DNA of 64,000 nucleotides from Elusimicrobiota bacterium (GCA_043811535.1 JBDRNC010000029.1:1-64000), one strand, 5' to 3'; shown: positions 1 through 10,284, numbered from the stretch's first letter. Notes: generated from the letters alone by a model not told the origin. A program made the numbers and translations.

Positions 1-1053
1 TACCGCGACCAGCTTTCCGATCTTAACGAAAAGCTCAACGACGCCGAAAGGGTCCTGACGGCGAAGAACGAGGAATTCGCCTCGCTGCTTGCCCAGAAAG
101 AGGGCATGTGGAAGGACAGGGAGAGAATGATCGCTGAAGAAAAGAACCGCCTCACGGAAGCGCTTGCGGCTTTCAAGGCGGAGGCGTCGTCCCTGCAGAG
201 AGAAAAAGAAAAACTCATAAACGAGAAACACCAGGCAGAGGAACGCATGAGGACCGAAATGCTGAACACCGAGCGCCGCCTGTTCGAGGAAAAGGAAAAC
301 TTCCAGCAGATCCTGATGGACAAAGAACAGGAAATGTCGCAGATAAGAAGCGCGCGGCAGAGCTTTGAGACCGATGTGAAACAGGACCTCGAGAACAGGT
401 ACCGCAAGGAGATAGACAGGCTCCAGAAGGAAAAGGACGACGCTTCATGGAAACTCTCGCGCGAACTGGAACAGCTCAGGGGAAATATGAACCAGGAACT
501 GAGGAGCCTTGAAGACCAGGTGGAAGGAGAGCGCCAGTCCTGGAAGAAAAAAATTGAGACCAAGGGCGCGGAACATGAGGAGGCGGTAAAACAGCTCAAG
601 GAGCTCCGCCAGCAGCTTTCCAGCGAGCATACTTCCAGGGAACAGAATTTCGTTAAACTCCGCGAAGAGGCTGAACTGCGCATATCCGAAGATGAGAAGA
701 GGTTTGAAGAAGAGAAGCAGAAACTTATCGCGAGAATCCGCTATTTTGAGGATGCATCGAGAAAGACCGCGGAAAACGAAATGAAACTGAATGAAAAGGC
801 CGCCTGGCTTGAGAACATGCTGTCGCTTGAAGTTAAAGAGGTAGAGAAACTGAAGGCCGAACTGCTTTCGGCAGCGGCGGAAGAGCGCGCTGACGTTGCG
901 GCTGAACCTCCCGTCGAAAAAGCGGATGCCGGCAGCACGGTTGTCATCGAGCCCAGGGTTCCGGAAGCTTCCGACATAGGCATATTAAGGAGATTCTGGA
1001 GAATGCTGAACGAGCCGGTTATTGAAATAGACAAAAAGGAGAAATTGAACTAA
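1..1053 (+). CDS. Long coiled-coil protein, 5'-truncated by window edge
   Basis: Frame is open from position 1 into ORF 106..1053; E/K/R/Q-rich heptad sequence; ends in an amphipathic tail. Confidence 0.85.
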   Translation, partial: YRDQLSDLNEKLNDAERVLTAKNEEFASLLAQKEGMWKDRERMIAEEKNRLTEALAAFKAEASSLQREKEKLINEKHQAEERMRTEMLNTERRLFEEKENFQQILMDKEQEMSQIRSARQSFETDVKQDLENRYRKEIDRLQKEKDDASWKLSRELEQLRGNMNQELRSLEDQVEGERQSWKKKIETKGAEHEEAVKQLKELRQQLSSEHTSREQNFVKLREEAELRISEDEKRFEEEKQKLIARIRYFEDASRKTAENEMKLNEKAAWLENMLSLEVKEVEKLKAELLSAAAEERADVAAEPPVEKADAGSTVVIEPRVPEASDIGILRRFWRMLNEPVIEIDKKEKLN

Positions 1054-1054
1054 C

Positions 1055-1828
1055 ATGAGCGCAATATTTGATTTCATCCGGAAAAAATGGGACAGGAACT
1101 TCTCGGAGCTTGAAAAAAGCGTAAGGCCTTTACAGGCCCCGCGTGGGTCCGCCATTACGGCTCCGGCGGGCGGGTCCGCCGCGCCTTTGGGCGGGATGAA
1201 ACCGGCGCAAGCGGCGGAAGGCGCCTCTCCGGCCGAAACCGAGATCAGGTATCTCAGCGATATAATAAGGCAGAATATCAGCGAAATAAAAGAGCTCCAT
1301 TTCAGGATGGCCGGGCAGGTCGTTGATATAGAAAACCTTAAAAGAAAACTTGAGGAAAGCGGGGAAAGAAAGTCAAAACGGGATAAATCCCTGAAAAACG
1401 GAAGGATGAGGGTTCTTTACGCGCTTAAGAGGCTCAGGTACCGGTTAGGAGACCACAAAAAAGAGAATCTTGACGCGAAAAGGCTTTTCAGGCTTGAAAT
1501 AAAAAAAGGGATGCTTCTTAAGGACGAGAACGAATTCCTCAAGACCGAAGTGAATTCCTACATGGCGCAAATGAAGCATTACATAGAGCACATCAAGGAG
1601 CTTGAAAGGGCCGTAACCGCTAAGGAAGAGCAGTTAAGCAAGCTTTTCGTGAAACTGAAGAACATCGAAACGCTGAACGAAAGCCTTATCAGGGAAGTAG
1701 ATAGATCAAATCTGGAAAAACGGATGATGATGGTCAGGCATGAAATACGCAAGCGCGAAGAGAAGCATACTTTGAAGAAATCCCTGAGGAAATGGCTTTC
1801 AACGCCGCTGGTAGACATGAAGATATAA
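1055..1828 (+). CDS. Coiled-coil hypothetical protein
   Basis: 257-aa ORF starting 1 nt after the previous stop; A/P linker then K/E-rich coiled coil. Confidence 0.8.
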   Translation: MSAIFDFIRKKWDRNFSELEKSVRPLQAPRGSAITAPAGGSAAPLGGMKPAQAAEGASPAETEIRYLSDIIRQNISEIKELHFRMAGQVVDIENLKRKLEESGERKSKRDKSLKNGRMRVLYALKRLRYRLGDHKKENLDAKRLFRLEIKKGMLLKDENEFLKTEVNSYMAQMKHYIEHIKELERAVTAKEEQLSKLFVKLKNIETLNESLIREVDRSNLEKRMMMVRHEIRKREEKHTLKKSLRKWLSTPLVDMKI

Positions 1829-1891
1829 TAAACAAGTTTAAACTGTTTAACCGTTTAAGCGTTTAAGAACGGCGGCAAACAGACATAATAA

Positions 1892-4800
1892 ATGACAAAG
1901 AAAGCGGTATTATTCATCATCTCAATCGCATTACTGGCGTTGGTGCCGGCGATCACTTTCGCGGAGCCGGCGGCGGTCACGGACCTTTCCGTGATAAGCA
2001 CGGGATTTAAGCATGTCGTGCTTAAGTGGACGGTTCCGTACGACGTCGCGTCGGATACGACGGCCGCGGAGTACGTTATCCACGCGTCCTCGTATCTCCC
2101 CATCATTAATGAATCCGACTGGACCAACCATTCGTCTGAAGCGGCATATCCTTACAGCATGACTTTTTCCACTGCGCTTGTGGCTGTCGGCGAGGACCAG
2201 TACGCTGTTATTTCCGGGCTCTCAAACGCCGTCAGCTGGTTTTTTGCGATAAAATCCTCCACCGATACTGTGAACCTGTCGCCGTTGGATACCTCAAGCC
2301 CCGAACCGTTCAACACGCCGTTCAACACAAATCCGGACGACGTCAGCGGCCACAATCACATGAATGCCGTCATTTTATACACTTCGACGCCGACGCTCAG
2401 CTGGGACCCGGCTCCCGAAGCTATCATGGAAGGCAACGATGCGGAATTCGGCGATTATATCGTTTCATACACGGTTGAAATATCTACCGATTCGCTTTTT
2501 ACGGTCAAGACGGTAAAAGACAGCATAAACACGACTTCATGGATAACTAACCCGCTTAACGACGATACGACTTATTACTGGCGCGTGAAAGCCTATGACT
2601 CCGGCGGGCTTGCGTCGCTCGGATACCTTTCCCAGAACAGCAGGCGTTTTGTATCCAACGGCGTTAACGCGGCCCCGACACAACCCGTTCTCACAAGCCC
2701 CATCGGATACGAGATCGTGCTGACAAACACGCCCAATTTCATCTGGACGACTTCCAGCGACTCCGACCCGGGTGATTATGTAAAGTACCTGCTCTATTTC
2801 TCAAGCAGCTCATCGTTCAACGTTGCCTGCACTACGGCTGTTTCAAATTTATCAGTCACCAATTATATTCCGGGATACAACCTGATCGAGAACGCGACAT
2901 ATTATTGGAAGGTCTATGCCTACGACCAGTGGAACAAGTCAACAATGAGCTCTTCAACGGGAACGGTCCGCATAAACGGCAATCCCAACGAAAATCCGCT
3001 GCCTTTCGGCCTATTGGGCCCCCCGAACGGCTCCGAGATAAACGAGTCTTCGGCCACGCTTTCCTGGCAGTCCACGAGTGACCCCGACCCCGGGGATACG
3101 CTGACGTTTACGGTGGATTATTCTTCTTCGAACCCGACGTTCACCGTACCAAGCCAGTACACCTCCAGTGGGAGCCTTGTCGCGACGCAATGGAAGACTC
3201 CCGCGCTTCAGGAAGACACAACTTACTGGTGGAGAGTTACCGCGTATGACCAGGATTTCCGCAATTACAACACCGAGGTCAATACGTTCACGGTAAACGC
3301 CGTCAATATCGCGCCTAATCCGTTTGACCTGACATCTTCTTCCGGGATAATAATAATAGACCTTCCGGTATTCAAGTGGCAGAACACGACGGACCCGGAC
3401 GGCGACACCGTGAGTTTTGCGGTATCGTACTCTTCATATTCCGATTTCAACACGTACATTTCTTCCGCGGGGCTTAAGACCACGACCTGGACAGCGCAGT
3501 CCGCTTTTAAGGAAAACACAACCTATTACTGGAAGGTCACCGCGCAGGACCCGTTCTCGCATTACACGGTTTCAAACCAGACATGGACCGTGATGATTAA
3601 CGTAACACCGGAAGACCCGGACGCCTTCAGCCTCAGTTATCCTCCGGATGATTCAGACGTTTCATATCTCAGCCCGTCGCTGGACTGGACGGACGACTCC
3701 TACGATCATGACCCCGGCGATTATGTCAATTATTACATAGTCGATTATTCCACGGCTTCGGATTTCAGCGTCCAGTTTTCAAGCGCGGGACTGAAAGTGT
3801 CAACGTTCACGTTTTCTTCGGCGCTTTCAAACAACACGACATATTATTGGAAAGTGATAGCTGTTTCGGCGCTGAGCGGTTCGGCCACGAGCCAGACATG
3901 GAAGTTCTACGCGAGCAACCAGCCGCCTAACGCGTTCAGTTTGATTTCATCTTCCGGCAACGTCGGCGTCGCGACGCCGGTCCTTACATGGCAGAACGCG
4001 GGCGATCCCGAATCGGACGCCCTTACGTACAAGGTCTATTATTCGTCTAATTCCGGATTCATGACATATCAGAGCTCAGCGGGGCTTGTCGCGGCGCAGT
4101 ACACAACGCCAGCGATGGAAGAGAACAGGACATACTATTGGTACGTTGAGGCGTATGATTCCTGGGGAAACCTGATGCAATCGGCGCAGACATGGAGTTT
4201 TAACGTCAACGCCCTGCCGGAAGACCCTTCGGCGTTTTCCCTTGTTTCGCCTGCGGACAATTCAATGGTTAACACCAGGCGCCCTTCGCTCGATTGGGGG
4301 GATTCATCGGATGTCGACCCGGGCGTTACTATCACCTACACGCTCTGGTACTCCGTGGACCAGTCGTTCGCTTCAAGAACCGAAATAACCGGGATCGCGC
4401 AGTCTTCATACGACATTACCTCCAACCTCGCCGCGTACACAACGTATTACTGGCGGGTCTACGCGGTTGGAAGCGACAGCGGGCAGCGTGCGTCAAGCGA
4501 CTGGAAATTCGTCGTCGGCACGGGTATCCTGCCGGCTGCGCCCGCGAATTTCAGGATAACCACGGTGGAAGCGGGCAAAACGGCAAGGCTCACCTGGGAT
4601 ACCGTCACGAAGAACGAAGACGGGACTAATCTGACCAACCTTGCGGGATTCAGGATATTCAAGGCCTATGATTTTGACAGCGTGTTCACTGTATCCGAAA
4701 CCACTTCCATCGGCTCCGGAACGCTTGAGTGGACGGATGACGCGGTCAACAACCAGAACGTGTATTACCTGGTGCGCGCGTATAACGCGATGAACGTGGA

Positions 4801-5509
4801 CGGGCTGCCGTCGCGGATTCAGTTCGCGGGCGCGGAAGACAAGACCATGATCTATGATACCGACAAGAACATGATAATCACGTGCCCCAACACCGTGATG
4901 CCTTCCACGGTAACCATTGAAATTACGCGGCTTGACGGGCAGGAAACCGGCAACATTCTGAGAGCGTATCAGGTGCAGGCGCGCGATTCAAGCGGGCAGA
5001 TCGTGGATTTCACATTCGCGCAGCCGGTGGAAATAAAATTCAAACTCTCCGGAGTGGCTGCTCCAGTGAAAAGAGCGCCGGGTTCGGAAACGCTGGCGAC
5101 CGGCATGTTCTGGGACAACGGCGTTGAATGGGTCTATCTGGGCGGAGAAAAATCCGGAACGGACATTACAGCCATGAACGATTCTCTCGGAGGTTACCAG
5201 TTGAGGACTGTAGTCAGGTCAATTGAATTCAAGACGCTTACCATATGGCCCAAGATAATAACACCGAACGGAGACAACATCAACGATGAGATGAACATGA
5301 CTTTTGAAAACCCGACATCGGACCGCGTGGAAGGCACTGTCTATTATCTGGACGGCAGCCAGGCGGCGAAAATGTCTTCAAAGACCGATTACTGGCTTAC
5401 CTGGGACGGCAAGGACGATTCCGGGTCCGTCCAGCCGGCGGGTATATACATATACCAGGTCAAATGCGGCAATAAGATATATAACGGCACGGTCGTAATA
5501 GCGAAATAG
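1892..5509 (+). CDS. Secreted multi-repeat FN3/Ig-like surface protein with gliding-motility-associated (T9SS type-B-like, CHU_C) C-terminal domain
   Basis: Signal peptide; about 7 repeats of ~100 aa with DPGD and TTYYWxVxA motifs; C-terminal ITPNGDNINDE...WDGKD...GIYIY motif. Confidence 0.85.
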   Translation: MTKKAVLFIISIALLALVPAITFAEPAAVTDLSVISTGFKHVVLKWTVPYDVASDTTAAEYVIHASSYLPIINESDWTNHSSEAAYPYSMTFSTALVAVGEDQYAVISGLSNAVSWFFAIKSSTDTVNLSPLDTSSPEPFNTPFNTNPDDVSGHNHMNAVILYTSTPTLSWDPAPEAIMEGNDAEFGDYIVSYTVEISTDSLFTVKTVKDSINTTSWITNPLNDDTTYYWRVKAYDSGGLASLGYLSQNSRRFVSNGVNAAPTQPVLTSPIGYEIVLTNTPNFIWTTSSDSDPGDYVKYLLYFSSSSSFNVACTTAVSNLSVTNYIPGYNLIENATYYWKVYAYDQWNKSTMSSSTGTVRINGNPNENPLPFGLLGPPNGSEINESSATLSWQSTSDPDPGDTLTFTVDYSSSNPTFTVPSQYTSSGSLVATQWKTPALQEDTTYWWRVTAYDQDFRNYNTEVNTFTVNAVNIAPNPFDLTSSSGIIIIDLPVFKWQNTTDPDGDTVSFAVSYSSYSDFNTYISSAGLKTTTWTAQSAFKENTTYYWKVTAQDPFSHYTVSNQTWTVMINVTPEDPDAFSLSYPPDDSDVSYLSPSLDWTDDSYDHDPGDYVNYYIVDYSTASDFSVQFSSAGLKVSTFTFSSALSNNTTYYWKVIAVSALSGSATSQTWKFYASNQPPNAFSLISSSGNVGVATPVLTWQNAGDPESDALTYKVYYSSNSGFMTYQSSAGLVAAQYTTPAMEENRTYYWYVEAYDSWGNLMQSAQTWSFNVNALPEDPSAFSLVSPADNSMVNTRRPSLDWGDSSDVDPGVTITYTLWYSVDQSFASRTEITGIAQSSYDITSNLAAYTTYYWRVYAVGSDSGQRASSDWKFVVGTGILPAAPANFRITTVEAGKTARLTWDTVTKNEDGTNLTNLAGFRIFKAYDFDSVFTVSETTSIGSGTLEWTDDAVNNQNVYYLVRAYNAMNVDGLPSRIQFAGAEDKTMIYDTDKNMIITCPNTVMPSTVTIEITRLDGQETGNILRAYQVQARDSSGQIVDFTFAQPVEIKFKLSGVAAPVKRAPGSETLATGMFWDNGVEWVYLGGEKSGTDITAMNDSLGGYQLRTVVRSIEFKTLTIWPKIITPNGDNINDEMNMTFENPTSDRVEGTVYYLDGSQAAKMSSKTDYWLTWDGKDDSGSVQPAGIYIYQVKCGNKIYNGTVVIAK

Positions 5510-5512
5510 ACC

Positions 5513-5708
5513 GAAGAAGGAAGATGGAAGACGGAAGCAGAAAAGAATGAAGACTGAAGATGGAAGACGGAAGAAATATGAGAAAAGTATTTTGTAAATC
5601 ATCGCTGAATATTAAAGCAAAGGAAAAGAAGCAGTTCTACTGTCTGCTTCCTTCTTCAATTTTCCTTCTTTTTATTGCTTCCATCTTCATTCTTCCGTCT
5701 TCCTTCTT
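5513..5708. repeat. Inverted heptamer array, GAAGACG/GAAGATG family (also 17843-17873, 39864-39890, 58236-58262, 59533-59559, 62256-62281)
   Basis: Purine arm 5513-5573; complementary arm 5647-5708. Confidence 0.85.
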
Positions 5709-7155
5709 GTTCGCCTCTTTCGAGGACGACGCTTCCGGGGCGCGCATGAAAGGTCTCGGGGGAGCTTTTGTCTCGATAGCTGACGACAGCGAGACTATCT
5801 TCGTCCAGCCAGCGGGTACTTTGAATATTAAGAGGCCGGAGATCTCGGTCATGTACGGAAAACTCTACACGGGCCTTTCGGACGGCAGCGATATCTCCGA
5901 TACGGTGATATCGGCGGTTTACCCGGTTGACAGGAAACTTGCGGTGGGATTCGGCTACAAATCGACCGGGTTGAGCCATGTCTATACCGAAGAGACCGCC
6001 GCGCTGAACGTTTCCATGGGCGTGTCCAAAATGTGGGCGGCGGGATTGAACCTGAAATACCTGACGCTGAGGTACGGCACCGACGGATATACCAGGATAG
6101 ACCCTGTTTTCTCGTCGGGTTACGACAAGTCGGGAATAGAAGCCGACGCGGGAATATTCATCACGCCGCTTAAATCGCTGAGTTTCGGCTACAGCAGGAG
6201 AAACCTTTTCGGCACGGACATGGGTCTGAAGTCCGAATCCCGGACAGTGCCTCGGGACCGCATAGGCGTCAGCTACCGCGAAACCGGCTACGGCATGTCA
6301 GTGGAATCTATCAAGACCGGGACCAGGTATAAATACGTCGGGTCGCTGGAAAAATATATGCTGAAGGACGTGTGCGTCCTGCGTTTCGGAATGGGCTGGG
6401 GCGAAAATAACTACAGGAAAATATCAACCGGGCTCGGCATCAACCTGAACCAGTTCAGGATTGACTACGCGTGGGAAATCCCGCTGAGCGGCATTGAACA
6501 GACATCAGGCACTCATTATCTTTCATTCGTCATGAAGGTGGGAAGCCCGGGAAAGACGGAACCGGAAGCAAAGGCCCCGGAAAATAAAAAGAAGCCGAAG
6601 AAGGCCAAGAAGGCGGATGTTCCTAAGAAAAAAGCGCCCGAAAAACCGGTTTTTGAAGAGCCGATAGCTCCGGTATTCCTTCCCGGGATGTTGATGCCTT
6701 TAAGGCCGCCGGTGTCGCTGTTCCTTCAGCAAGCTTCGACGGAAACAATAATCTCAACGGAAGCGGCAAAGGCGCCGGCTGAAGAACCGGTCATTTCCAC
6801 TTCCGCCGCGCACGGCGAAGAAATAGCGGTCTCTACGGAGCCGGCGGCGGCACTTGAAACGGAGATCGCGACAGAGCCGGCAAGTTTACCCGTTGTTACA
6901 GTGCCCGGCACCGTGTACGGTCCCGACCCGAAACCAGCGCCTGTTGTTGAGGCGCCGAAGCCGGTGAAAGAAAAACCCGTGAAGGCGGCGCCTCCCGGCG
7001 TGCGCACATATAAAGTGGTATCAGGCGATACGATGATGTCGCTTGCCGAGAAGTATTACGGAAAGAAATCGCAGTGGGTGCAGATATACCAGGCGAACAA
7101 GGATAAAATAGAAAAGGGCGCGTTAAAACCCGGACAAATGATAATAATACCTTAA
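5578..7155 (+). CDS. PorP/SprF/PorV-like outer-membrane beta-barrel with Pro/Lys-rich linker and C-terminal LysM
   Basis: GARMKGLGGAFVSIADD N-terminal motif; IDYAWEIPLSGI..SGTHYLSF barrel end; YKVVSGDTMMSLAEKYYG LysM. Start uncertain (5560 or 5578). Confidence 0.75.
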   Translation: MRKVFCKSSLNIKAKEKKQFYCLLPSSIFLLFIASIFILPSSFLFASFEDDASGARMKGLGGAFVSIADDSETIFVQPAGTLNIKRPEISVMYGKLYTGLSDGSDISDTVISAVYPVDRKLAVGFGYKSTGLSHVYTEETAALNVSMGVSKMWAAGLNLKYLTLRYGTDGYTRIDPVFSSGYDKSGIEADAGIFITPLKSLSFGYSRRNLFGTDMGLKSESRTVPRDRIGVSYRETGYGMSVESIKTGTRYKYVGSLEKYMLKDVCVLRFGMGWGENNYRKISTGLGINLNQFRIDYAWEIPLSGIEQTSGTHYLSFVMKVGSPGKTEPEAKAPENKKKPKKAKKADVPKKKAPEKPVFEEPIAPVFLPGMLMPLRPPVSLFLQQASTETIISTEAAKAPAEEPVISTSAAHGEEIAVSTEPAAALETEIATEPASLPVVTVPGTVYGPDPKPAPVVEAPKPVKEKPVKAAPPGVRTYKVVSGDTMMSLAEKYYGKKSQWVQIYQANKDKIEKGALKPGQMIIIP

Positions 7156-7160
7156 CGACG

Positions 7161-7223
7161 GCAATTAGCCATTAGCAATTGGCAATTAGTAAAACTAATG
7201 GCTAATCGCAAATTGCCAATAGC
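7161..7223. repeat. Inverted heptamer array, AATTAGC family (also 38447-38480)
   Basis: gcaattagccattagcaattggcaattagt-aaa-actaatggctaatcgcaaattgc. Confidence 0.85.
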
Positions 7224-7241
7224 TGCAGTAAGGAGGCTGAC

Positions 7242-9320
7242 ATGGATGAATTCAATGAATTAGACAAGGAGATCGAGAAGCTTAAGGCCGAGCTGTCGGT
7301 CCAGGACGAATGGGCCAGGCAATTCCAGGCTCCGGCTCCCGGCGATTACTGGCGCCGCAGGCTTGACGAAGAAAAAACGCTCTGGCAGAAGAAGCTCCAG
7401 GTGGGTGAAGAGGAAAAGAAGGCGATGGAGGCGAAGTATACCAGCCAGCAGGCGGAAATTTCCGCGTATAACCAGAAGATCTCCGAGATCGAGAAAAAAT
7501 TCGACCTGGAGTCAAGAGTGTGGGAAGACCGCCTTAAGACCAAGGAAGCAGAACTCCTCATGGAGAAGAACCGCGTCATGTGGGAGGACAAAATAAGGGA
7601 AAGCGAGTTCGAGAACAGGAATTTTCTTCAGCAGATCGCCGGCCTCAACGCCGATATCTCGAAACTTAAAGACGAACACGCAGCGGACAAGAAGAAGCTT
7701 GAGGAGGAATTCGGGCGCGAAAAGAACGCATACCACGAGCGGATAAAGACGAACGTCGATTCTCTCCAGATCCTGCAGGAAAGGATACTCGAGCTTGAAG
7801 GCAGGCTCAATGACCGCCAGAACGAGCTTGCGGCTGAAAAGAACAGGCATGAAAGCGACATCGCCGTATCACGCGAAGAGTATGAGAAAACGATTGGGGA
7901 AAATGATTTTCTGAAGAAGGAAAAGCGGACGCTGGAGGAAGAGATTTCCCGCGGGAAGCAGAAAACCATCGAAGATAAGGTTCACGTAGAGTATGAATTC
8001 AACGCCGTTAGCAAGAGTTTCGTTGACTCCTGGCGCAAGTCGCTCGGCGCGGTCGTAGGCATGGTTCGTTTCATGAAAAGCAGGAGAGCCGCCCGTTCGA
8101 CATGGAACGTCTTGGGAGAAATGCTGAACAAGATAGAGGGAGAGACGGAACTGCTTGCCGCGCAGGCGGGAGTAAAGCCCGGCGTTTCGGACAGTTACAC
8201 GGCGGGGATAATCGCGCCCGATGACGAAATTGCCGTTTGGACAAAGATCCTTTCGGGCACGCCGGCGGGACTCAGGAGCGCGGATAGAAAGCAGTGGAAA
8301 AAGGAAATTTCCCAAATAAAACCCAGGATAATGATAATTTCCGCGAAATATTGCGGCCTCGCGGGCAGGATATCCGGCAGGTGGCCGTTCGTGCCGGTCA
8401 TAATATTCGGCGACTTGAAGCCCGGAATGAAAAAGAAAGCGCTTTTATCCGGGTATTCGGTGATAGCGTCGCCTTCTACCGACTCGGAAACGTTTGAAAC
8501 ACTTAACTCCGCGGCCGTAAGGAGCGCGTCGTATCCGGAATACTGGGATAAAATAAGGGCCAAGAGGCCTTTGGCGGCGCCTTTGGCGGCGGTTGCGGCG
8601 CTGGCGATAGTTGCCGCTGCGGGGTACCTGTACCCGCTGAAGCCTTCGGAGATATTCGCGCCCGCTAAAACCGCGTCGTTCGTGACGCCGTACGTGGAGC
8701 CGACAAACGTGACATACGACGGCCAGAATCTCTGGGCTTGCGACTGGTACGGCCAGAGCATTTACAAGCACAAGCTCAACGGTGAACTCGGTATCTCGCG
8801 TATCTTCTACTTCCAGAACAAGCATTTCTCGGCTCTCGCCTGGATGGGCGGGAACCTTTGGTCAGCCGACGCGCTTGACCAGAAGATATACAAGCATAAT
8901 CCCGACGATAACCTGACCGTGATTGCGTCGTTCCCGTCCCCGGGGCCTGCCCCGAGCGGGCTGGCCGGCAACGGAAAATTCCTGTGGTCGTGCGACGCCG
9001 CGACGGCCAAGATTTACAAGCACGTTCCGGATAAAATCCTGACAGTCGAAAGAGAATATCCCGCGCCGGGATCCAATCCTTCCGGATTGTACTATGACGG
9101 CGTGAACTTATGGAGCACGGATTCAAAGACGAACAGGATATACTGCCACAGGATAGACGAGGACCTTACCGTCATAGGGACGTATATCCCGCCCGGATAT
9201 GAGCAGAAGGGATTCAACTTGAGCGGAATAACCGGCAGCGGCAAGTATTTCTGGGTTTGCTCCGAAAAGGCGGGGAAAATATATCAGTATCCGGCGGATT
9301 TATTCGCCAAAAGCGAATAA
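7242..9320 (+). CDS. Coiled-coil / alpha-beta domain / TM helix / beta-propeller protein
   Basis: SD aggagg; N-terminal coiled coil; hydrophobic LAAVAALAIVAAAGYL; repeated P-S-G-L-x-x-D-G-x-x-L-W-S-x-D blades. Confidence 0.8.
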   Translation: MDEFNELDKEIEKLKAELSVQDEWARQFQAPAPGDYWRRRLDEEKTLWQKKLQVGEEEKKAMEAKYTSQQAEISAYNQKISEIEKKFDLESRVWEDRLKTKEAELLMEKNRVMWEDKIRESEFENRNFLQQIAGLNADISKLKDEHAADKKKLEEEFGREKNAYHERIKTNVDSLQILQERILELEGRLNDRQNELAAEKNRHESDIAVSREEYEKTIGENDFLKKEKRTLEEEISRGKQKTIEDKVHVEYEFNAVSKSFVDSWRKSLGAVVGMVRFMKSRRAARSTWNVLGEMLNKIEGETELLAAQAGVKPGVSDSYTAGIIAPDDEIAVWTKILSGTPAGLRSADRKQWKKEISQIKPRIMIISAKYCGLAGRISGRWPFVPVIIFGDLKPGMKKKALLSGYSVIASPSTDSETFETLNSAAVRSASYPEYWDKIRAKRPLAAPLAAVAALAIVAAAGYLYPLKPSEIFAPAKTASFVTPYVEPTNVTYDGQNLWACDWYGQSIYKHKLNGELGISRIFYFQNKHFSALAWMGGNLWSADALDQKIYKHNPDDNLTVIASFPSPGPAPSGLAGNGKFLWSCDAATAKIYKHVPDKILTVEREYPAPGSNPSGLYYDGVNLWSTDSKTNRIYCHRIDEDLTVIGTYIPPGYEQKGFNLSGITGSGKYFWVCSEKAGKIYQYPADLFAKSE

Positions 9321-9632
9321 ATCGAAGTTCTAAGAAGGACAGGGGATCATGGCCATAAAAACTGCCCCTTCACTTATTCTGTCTTCCCGAATTGGAAAGA
9401 CGCTTAAGCTGAAGGGGTAAGTTTTTTACGGCAGTATCTAGTATCCCTAAACGATGGGCTTCAATTAAACTATCTTATTGTTGGTTGTCTCGTATCTGGT
9501 ATCTAGTAAACAACTGCCAACTCACACATCGCAATTTCACTATAAAAAACATTAAAAATAAGAATCTTGTAGAACAATAGAGTATTTTGTGATATACTAT
9601 TTGCAAAACTGGGCATATAGGATTACAGGCAC

Positions 9633-10283
9633 ATGGAAAAATTCAGGTTTGCCACAAGGCTTAATCTTTCGGAATCGCTTGGGCTGAAAGCGGTTACCAT
9701 TGAGCAGATGCTGGAGCATCTCCGCCATGTTCCGGGTTCATGCATCTACCACCACACGCACAGGTACCTGCAGCAGCATGAATACCTTTCGCCCGAGCCG
9801 CCAAATGATTTTGCCTACTGGGTGGCCGGGGTTCTCGGAGAGGACGAGCTTGGAGAAAAACTGGCAAGCATAGACATCATGCAGTTCAAATCCATAAGGG
9901 AATTAAGGGAAAAAATAATCTCTGTTATCGAGTATTACATAGAGAAATATCCGCAGAGCAAGCTGAGATTTGCGCGGCCTGGCAGGGAATTCCATTTCAT
10001 TAAATCAATAAGTTTCATAATTCCGACTGAATACGCGGTATCGACTCTGGAAGAGTTCGCGGATGCCCTGGAAAAGATAGACATCAACTCTATTTATTTC
10101 CACATGTTCGAGGCAAGGCTCAGGCTGGAGAACAAGTCAAATGATTTTTCCAATTGGATAGAGACCCGCATAGGCGACAGGGAGCTTGCCAAGCAGATAT
10201 CCAGGCTTGACCCGTATACTTACGCGCTTGACGACCTGCGCAAGACCATAATTAAAATCGTACGCGAGAAAAGAGAAAGCTGA
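9633..10283 (+). CDS. DUF5752 family protein (internally duplicated; treT-associated)
   Basis: Two halves each with IYxH...NDFxxW; adjacent to treT-like gene. Confidence 0.75.
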   Translation: MEKFRFATRLNLSESLGLKAVTIEQMLEHLRHVPGSCIYHHTHRYLQQHEYLSPEPPNDFAYWVAGVLGEDELGEKLASIDIMQFKSIRELREKIISVIEYYIEKYPQSKLRFARPGREFHFIKSISFIIPTEYAVSTLEEFADALEKIDINSIYFHMFEARLRLENKSNDFSNWIETRIGDRELAKQISRLDPYTYALDDLRKTIIKIVREKRES

Positions 10284-10284
10284 T

